IMG/VR virus record: IMGVR_UViG_3300049846_001564
Coordinates: 1-52,790 of that record
Length of the DNA stretch: 52,790 nt
Origin: a virus
Lineage: Duplodnaviria > Caudoviricetes
Reading direction: 5' to 3' (one strand)
Below, in pieces: positions 47,943 through 52,790 of this stretch (position 1 is its first letter; each line of letters begins with the position of its first letter). The translations under genes and the position numbers were made by a program. The notes under the pieces are model-generated. The model made no database searches, was not told the DNA's origin, and saw only the letters and a program-made list of their open reading frames with translations.

Positions 47943-48015
47943 TAGCCCCTATCTGAATCGAACAGATACCCTTCGGGTCAAAGCCGAATACACTCAACCA
48001 TTATGCTAAGGGGCA
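47943..48015 (-). tRNA. tRNA-Gln(UUG)
   Basis: TTCGG-CTTTGAC-CCGAA. Confidence 0.85.
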
Positions 48016-48018
48016 ATA

Positions 48019-48204
48019 TTAAATACTATCAGAAATTTCTTTTTTAGTTAATCGTTTCAACCAGGTCCTTCTAAGTTTAGAAAATAGATTTCTTTGTATT
48101 TTACTTTTTCTTTTTTTAGACATTTTGTTATCGCAACACGGGCACTTCATGCCTCCTGGACCACCTATATATAGGAATCCAGCCTCTTTATATAAATCTT
48201 TCAT
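48019..48204 (-). CDS. small basic protein, 61 aa, with CPCC
   Basis: MKDLYKEAG..GPGGMKCPCC..; start placed after tRNA-Gly. Confidence 0.55.
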   Translation of the reverse strand: MKDLYKEAGFLYIGGPGGMKCPCCDNKMSKKRKSKIQRNLFSKLRRTWLKRLTKKEISDSI

Positions 48205-48219
48205 AATATATAATTTTAG

Positions 48220-48290
48220 AGCAGGTAATGGAAATCGAATCCACAACTGCGACTTGGCAAGCCGCTGTATTACCATTATACTATACCTGC
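48220..48290 (-). tRNA. tRNA-Gly(GCC)
   Basis: GCGGC-TTGCCAA-GTCGC. Confidence 0.9.
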
Positions 48291-48295
48291 TTATG

Positions 48296-48369
48296 AGCAC
48301 GTGATCGGCATCGAACCGACTCTATTCCTGGTTGGAAGCCAGGTGCACCACCATTTATGCGTCACATGC
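48296..48369 (-). tRNA. tRNA-Gly(UCC)
   Basis: CCTGG-CTTCCAA-CCAGG. Confidence 0.9.
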
Positions 48370-48379
48370 TTATTTTAAT

Positions 48380-48517
48380 TGGTGCGGTGAGTGGTAGTTT
48401 ATCCCCACGTCTCCCAGTACTCGACCGGGCACGCTACTTTGAAATATTAACTAGTTTATTAAGAAGGCCTTCTTAATATAGTCGCGACTAAAATATTCCA
48501 TTCTGCGCCATCACCAA
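48380..48517 (-). ncRNA. tRNA-like RNA with ~60-nt insertion in the D loop
   Basis: GGTGA/TCACC acceptor, ACCA end, GCGC/GCGT D stem, CCCGG-TCGAGTA-CTGGG arm, non-consensus T loop. Confidence 0.45.
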
Positions 48518-48519
48518 CG

Positions 48520-48591
48520 TACCGATACTGAAACTCGAATTCAGATTAATGCCTTATGAGAGCACTGTAATTGCCTTTATACGATATCGAT
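48520..48591 (-). tRNA. tRNA(CAU), elongator Met or Ile2
   Basis: GTGCT-CTCATAA-GGCAT. Confidence 0.8.
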
Positions 48592-48596
48592 ATTAG

Positions 48597-48674
48597 TAGC
48601 GAGGGTGGGATTCGAACCCACATTATGAACTGCTTATGAGACAGACGCTGGTAACCATTCCAGTCCTCCTCGCG
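48597..48674 (-). tRNA. tRNA-Met(CAU), initiator-like acceptor
   Basis: C1/U72 mismatch, CGCGAGG acceptor, loop CTCATAA. Confidence 0.75.
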
Positions 48675-48679
48675 ATATG

Positions 48680-48755
48680 TCTAGCATCCAGGATTCGAAC
48701 CTGGGCTTTCTGCGCCCCAAACGCAGCCGGAAAAACCTGACTTCCGTAATGCTAG
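48680..48755 (-). tRNA. tRNA-Pro(UGG)
   Basis: CTGCG-TTTGGGG-CGCAG; C1-G72, A73. Confidence 0.9.
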
Positions 48756-48838
48756 ATAAAAAAGAATCCAACGTTCCCCCGAGTGTGCTATTCTACTTTA
48801 CACCATGGGCGCCTCCCAGAGTGTTCTGATTCTTTATG

Positions 48839-48910
48839 CGGTCTATGAGGGTTACGATCCCTCTACCCCACCGTGACAGGATGGTATGATAGCCAGTTCA
48901 CCAATAGACC
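48839..48910 (-). tRNA. tRNA-Asp(GUC)
   Basis: CCATC-CTGTCAC-GGTGG, G73. Confidence 0.9.
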
Positions 48911-48953
48911 GGGTCGCCCTTTTTATTTTAAATGCCGGGCACAGCATTCAAAG

Positions 48954-49027
48954 TAGCCCCAACGGAAGTCGAATCCGTATCGCAGGATTGAAAGTCCTGC
49001 ATCCTAAGCCATTTAGACGATGGGGCC
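48954..49027 (-). tRNA. tRNA-Glu(UUC)
   Basis: CAGGA-CTTTCAA-TCCTG. Confidence 0.9.
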
Positions 49028-49108
49028 ATATTATCCGCAATATTCCGCGGATAAGTTTTAAATTTACCAATATGTCAAAGATCAATAATATAATCGAAAT
49101 TTAATTAG

Positions 49109-49199
49109 TGCGCTCGGTTGGATTCGAACCAACGCGGGGATTTGTCATCCCATCGGTTTAAAAGACCGGACCATTCGACCTGACTAAGGATACGAGCGC
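49109..49199 (-). tRNA. tRNA-Lys(UUU) with long variable arm
   Basis: CGGT-CTTTTAA-ACCG; variable arm GGGAT-GACAA-ATCCC; acceptor GCGCTCG/CGAGCGC-A. Confidence 0.8.
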
Positions 49200-49208
49200 A
49201 TTTATATA

Positions 49209-49265
49209 GCGCTCTTTCCTTAGAGCGCATTAACGTTTATATTTTCGTTTATATTTCATTTTCAT
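49209..49265 (-). promoter_or_regulatory. Lys-rich leader MKMKYKRKYKR* (49265-49230) plus hairpin GCGCTCT/AGAGCGC
   Basis: 5 of 11 codons are AAA; the hairpin 3' arm is also complementary to the tRNA-Lys 5' end. Confidence 0.6.
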
Positions 49266-49279
49266 TCTTTTTTTAATCG

Positions 49280-49351
49280 AGCCAACACTGAAAATCGAAT
49301 TCAGATATCTACCTTACCAAGGTAGCGTAATAGCCTTTATACTATGTCGGC
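49280..49351 (-). tRNA. tRNA-Thr(GGU)
   Basis: CTACC-TTGGTAA-GGTAG. Confidence 0.9.
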
Positions 49352-49357
49352 TTAATG

Positions 49358-49429
49358 CGGGGGAGATTGGTAACGATCCAATATCCGGTGCTTAACAGGC
49401 ACTCGCTAATCCATTTCAGCTACACCCCC
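49358..49429 (-). tRNA. tRNA-Asn(GUU)
   Basis: GTGC-CTGTTAA-GCAC, G73. Confidence 0.85.
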
Positions 49430-49435
49430 ATTATG

Positions 49436-49757
49436 TTGCCCTAAACTCTCTTAGGCTTTTATACCTATTGTAGGCGCGGCATTCGGCGCCTCGTTATTCG
49501 GAATTTCTTCCTACAGTTTATACGAAGGGCGTCCTACCTTTGAACGATCTGGCCGAAGCCAGAGTAGGACTCGAACCTACATTTCCCCTTGATCTTGCCG
49601 GTAAACTCTCTTGAGATTTTACACCCATTGTAGGCGTAGCATGAACGCCTCGTTGTTCAGAATTTCTTCCTACAGTTTACCTCGACCGGCGTTTTTCTAT
49701 TAAACTACCTGGACGCTAAGCGTCCTGGGTGGGATTCGAACCCACATCTCCGGTTTC
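49436..49757 (-). repeat. two tandem ~160-nt units, each a permuted tRNA-like module plus a conserved ~85-nt structured tail
   Basis: Tails 49436-49520 and 49595-49680 share TAAACTGTAGGAAGAAATTC..AACGAGGCG..CGCCTACAAT..AAGAGAGTTTA. Confidence 0.8.
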
Positions 49758-49758
49758 G

Positions 49759-49831
49759 TGCGATGGGTTGGTACCGAGCCAACATCTACGGATTTTCAGT
49801 CCGCTGCATAGACCATCTTTGCTACCACCGC
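49759..49831 (-). tRNA. tRNA-Phe(GAA)
   Basis: GCGGA-CTGAAAA-TCCGT. Confidence 0.85.
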
Positions 49832-49844
49832 ATATTCAGATAAT

Positions 49845-49878
49845 AAAAAACCCGACTAATCTTTTGGACCGTCGGGTT
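49845..49878 (-). terminator. intrinsic terminator/attenuator just upstream of the tRNA array
   Basis: AACCCGAC..GTCGGGTT followed by a T-run on the minus strand. Confidence 0.8.
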
Positions 49879-49904
49879 AATTAATCATTAATCTATTCAA
49901 ACCA

Positions 49905-50054
49905 TCAAACCATATCTTTTAACGATTTCAAACCCTGTAGTCCAGTTCCTTTATCACTATTATCAAGCACCGGGCAAAAGCCTATCTGTGCCGATGTAGT
50001 AATCTCGGTTCTTGTATACCAATTCGTATGTTGTAATCGTTTCATTGAAGTCAT
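49905..50054 (-). promoter_or_regulatory. 49-aa leader peptide containing all 20 amino acids
   Basis: MTSMKRLQHTNWYTRTEITTSAQIGFCPVLDNSDKGTGLQGLKSLKDMV*; ATATTTAT motif just upstream (~50065-50072). Confidence 0.75.
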
Positions 50055-50119
50055 TATAATTTTATATAAATATAGATGATTTTTAAAAAACCACCAAAAT
50101 AATTTTATTTTTTTTTTCT

Positions 50120-50166
50120 GAACTTATTTTGGAATCGAACCAAATTACCTAACCATTAGATAAGTT
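50120..50166 (-). ncRNA. anticodon-less mini tRNA-like element
   Basis: AACTTAT-CTAATGGTTAG-GTAA-TTTGG-TTCGATT-CCAAA-ATAAGTT. Confidence 0.45.
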
Positions 50167-50174
50167 AAAATAAA

Positions 50175-51040
50175 ACGCTGAGATTATACGTTTATACGTC
50201 ACGACTTTCAAAGGATTATCTTGTTCCCTTTTTATCCAGAAGCTTTTGACTTCTACCTTGACAATGCCGATTGGTTAGACCAATCACTCCTTGAGTTGCT
50301 ATTTATCGGTTACTCTCTACATACTAACTCTTACTTAACCCTGCCGAGCTAATTAATCCTTGCGAGACTATAAGGCTTTCTACAAAATCAATATCAGCTT
50401 GCGACTAATATTGGCATCCGACAACCGGATACTAGGTAGGCATCTTTCACCTGCAACTGACAAGCACTTTTGCTTTTATGTTTCCAATGAGATTTTCATT
50501 AACAGTGAAATTCATAGTAGCGACTTGTGGATGGATGAAAGTAGTGGCTCGTCATTCCAGCTTTCCCAACTTTTGGAAGGGAAAATACTAAACTACTCTC
50601 TAAGATGTCCCCATCTTCATATTTTAAGATTCTTTCATAAAATGAACTTGGTGAGTTCATAATAAGGAAAACAGCAACACCACTTGGTTATTTTCTTGCT
50701 TTTCAGCTTTAAAGCTCCTCTAATATTGAAACACGCAATAGTACATTTAGATAAATGTATTTCTTACAATACTTCTATGAATTATTCTTATTGGAGTTCC
50801 CCCCTCAACCCAACAACCCACATTGCCGAGTCACCAAATCCGTTCCGTCTCAGTGTTACCCAAACGTACTTGGATCCAATGATATTCCACTTGCCTACTC
50901 GAGTCCAAATATTTCTATTTGGGCCGCAAACTACTTCAGTCAAAGTAATTCACTTTATACCACTTTCATGGTTTATTTAACGACTATAGGCCGCCAATAT
51001 CTTTTCATTAATCCAAATTCCGGACTAATTGGATACAAAT
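50175..51040 (-). ncRNA. large structured non-coding RNA candidate (~860 nt, GOLLD-sized)
   Basis: No minus-strand ORF in the track, raised GC, many hairpins including GNRA loops, next to the tRNA array, boxA-like site upstream. Confidence 0.6.
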
Positions 51041-51043
51041 GTA

Positions 51044-51052
51044 TCAAAGAAC
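51044..51052 (-). promoter_or_regulatory. boxA-like element GTTCTTTGA
   Basis: Same motif at 52570-52579; variant GATCTTTGA at 49075-49083. Confidence 0.45.
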
Positions 51053-51206
51053 TAAAGTAATTAAATATAGATTAAATTTTTGAATCTAACAAGATATTTT
51101 TTACTTTTTTTAATAACTATTTCAAAATCAATTACTTAATTTTTAAACGTCATACTATATAAATATAGATGATTTATTTGAAACTAACAAGAAATATTTA
51201 TTTTTT

Positions 51207-51482
51207 TTATAATTTCAACTGAAATATTTGCTCAACCATTAAAAGTTTCACATATCTGTCGAATGAATCAGGACGATCATACCATATACGAAATTTTCCA
51301 TCTTGTATGATGCCGGACAAGTATTCATGTATTACAAATTTAACGTTGCCATTTATAGTCAATATTTTTTGTGATTCACGTAGCCATGCTATATTACTAC
51401 TGGCACTTATGTCCTCAATTTTGAAGTCTTTTATATCAATCACGACAGATGGATATTGATCTCGGTATGCTACCGTATTCAT
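51207..51482 (-). CDS. hypothetical protein
   Basis: ATGA-coupled ORF. Confidence 0.55.
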   Translation of the reverse strand: MNTVAYRDQYPSVVIDIKDFKIEDISASSNIAWLRESQKILTINGNVKFVIHEYLSGIIQDGKFRIWYDRPDSFDRYVKLLMVEQIFQLKL

Positions 51483-51838
51483 AGTATATTTAGTTTTTTA
51501 TTTAATTCTTTCAAACCATTTTCAATACACTCAGACAAACAAGTACCTCCATTATAAAATTGCTGCACAAAGGTGATAGTTCCATCCGAATTTGGAATCA
51601 TAACATCTATATCTTCACCATCTTCGTTTTCAATATGTTCAATAACTTCCCATATAGTATTATCCACTATGAAGAATTTTTTATGGAATTTATCCAAAAA
51701 TGTTTCTGTCCAATCACTATAATAACTTGGTATTTCAGTGATTCCGGCACCATAGCACTTATGCTGGCACCATTCTTCTACTGGCATCCTCGTTTCAATT
51801 TTCCGTAATTTACCGAAGTGTGTTTCTGTTTGGCTCAT
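51479..51838 (-). CDS. hypothetical phage protein
   Basis: MSQTETHFGKL...FYNGGTCLSE. Confidence 0.65.
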   Translation of the reverse strand: MSQTETHFGKLRKIETRMPVEEWCQHKCYGAGITEIPSYYSDWTETFLDKFHKKFFIVDNTIWEVIEHIENEDGEDIDVMIPNSDGTITFVQQFYNGGTCLSECIENGLKELNKKLNIL

Positions 51839-51872
51839 TTAATTATAATAAATACAATTTCATTTTTTTAGT

Positions 51873-52073
51873 TTAATTAATAAGAATACATCCCCATTTA
51901 ACAATATAATAAAAACAAATATAAACAACACTTAATCCTACTATTGAAGCAATAAAAGATAATCCCAATATATCATTATTACCATCTTTCCATGATGACC
52001 TCCATAACCAATTTAATAGGTGTTGTATAAGTATGATTATTATAGCAAGACATATAATAGCAAATAATATCAT
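51873..52073 (-). CDS. 2-TM membrane protein
   Basis: Two hydrophobic segments. Confidence 0.5.
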   Translation of the reverse strand: MILFAIICLAIIIILIQHLLNWLWRSSWKDGNNDILGLSFIASIVGLSVVYICFYYIVKWGCILIN

Positions 52074-52094
52074 AGTTTTAATTTTTTAGTTTAT

Positions 52095-52565
52095 TAGCAC
52101 CCTCTTTCTTATCAAGAATCTTAGCTACTACGGCTGCACATTAATATCTCACTAAGATTTACCTACATACAGCTATTACGATAATAAGAGTAGGGTCACG
52201 TAGTTAACATGACGTCTGGCATTATTGGATTTACCCGTTAATAACCGGTTCTTTAACTACTTGCTGAGAACTGTATCACTACAGCTGAGTCCTTACGGAT
52301 ACTCACTCATTTGTGTTGTAGAAATATGTTTACCAAAGCTTTCTCTTGCCAATTTGGACATACATTCCTTTCTCAAGGGAACAACACATCTAGGATTACT
52401 CCATTACTCACAGTGAATTACTCTGTTAATTGTAACATCCTGTCAATTTAGGATTAGTATCTTTATGTGAGACCAATGGTCTAGTTCACGCCCAAAGGTC
52501 GGATAACTGAACTATTTTATCTTTTTCACAAAGGATCAATGTTTAGCCGTTTATTTTTATTTCCA
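52095..52565 (-). ncRNA. second large structured non-coding RNA candidate
   Basis: No minus-strand ORF in the track; long-range pairs such as tgtgttgt/acaacaca and aatcttag/ctaagatt; boxA-like site upstream. Confidence 0.45.
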
Positions 52566-52790
52566 ATCTTCAAAGAACACCACTTTAATAACGTACCACG
52601 TTACAGTTATAGGCCAAAACACTCCTAGTACGAAGGCCAGGCTTAACGGATTAGCCAAATCATTTTTAAGAGCTTTAAATTGTTTTCCACCTACAAATAT
52701 AGCAGATATTATATATAATATACATATCAACCAAACGATCCCAATCTTGTAATGAGATTACTTTTTTTGTTTGTACTTTTATCATAGTTT

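Noticed and set aside
46378-52416. Plus-strand ORFs over the RNA array and ncRNA regions, and the 48300 start of the 48019 ORF
   Set aside because: They overlap tRNAs or structured RNA; the shared FSTNYL peptide is just the antisense of the repeated Ile-tRNA segment.

Overview
AT-rich (~30% GC by eye) segment of a large T4-like/jumbo dsDNA phage genome, with essentially all genes on the minus strand. The host is probably Bacteroidota, judging from a T9SS C-terminal-domain/BACON protein and an Hc1-type histone-like protein. From low to high coordinates the window holds: (1) a glycan/sulfation island (sulfotransferase, GT10-FkbM, GT11, GT2s, GT4s, APS kinase); (2) replication and chaperone genes (exonuclease, clamp loader, clamp, ThyA, GroEL/ES, PolB, dUTPase, class II RNR, helicase); (3) a dispersed 7-deazaguanine pathway (DpdA/TGT-like, DpdL-like, FolE, QueE, and QueD split by a 234-nt group I intron); (4) an amber-suppressor tRNA module; (5) a ~6.5 kb RNA array with ~34 tRNAs covering all 20 amino acids, tmRNA, a minimal RNase P RNA and several rearranged tRNA-like RNAs; (6) two large structured non-coding regions. 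The most striking signals are three unannotated leader peptides that appear to sense translation. One samples all 20 amino acids in 28 codons ahead of a terminator/antiterminator at the head of the tRNA array. One is Lys(AAA)-rich and sits at a fold switch in front of tRNA-Lys(UUU). One contains an amber codon and heads an operon with an amber-interrupted Pth2 gene and the suppressor tRNA. All calls are by eye from motifs; no searches were run, and tRNA ends may be off by a few nt.
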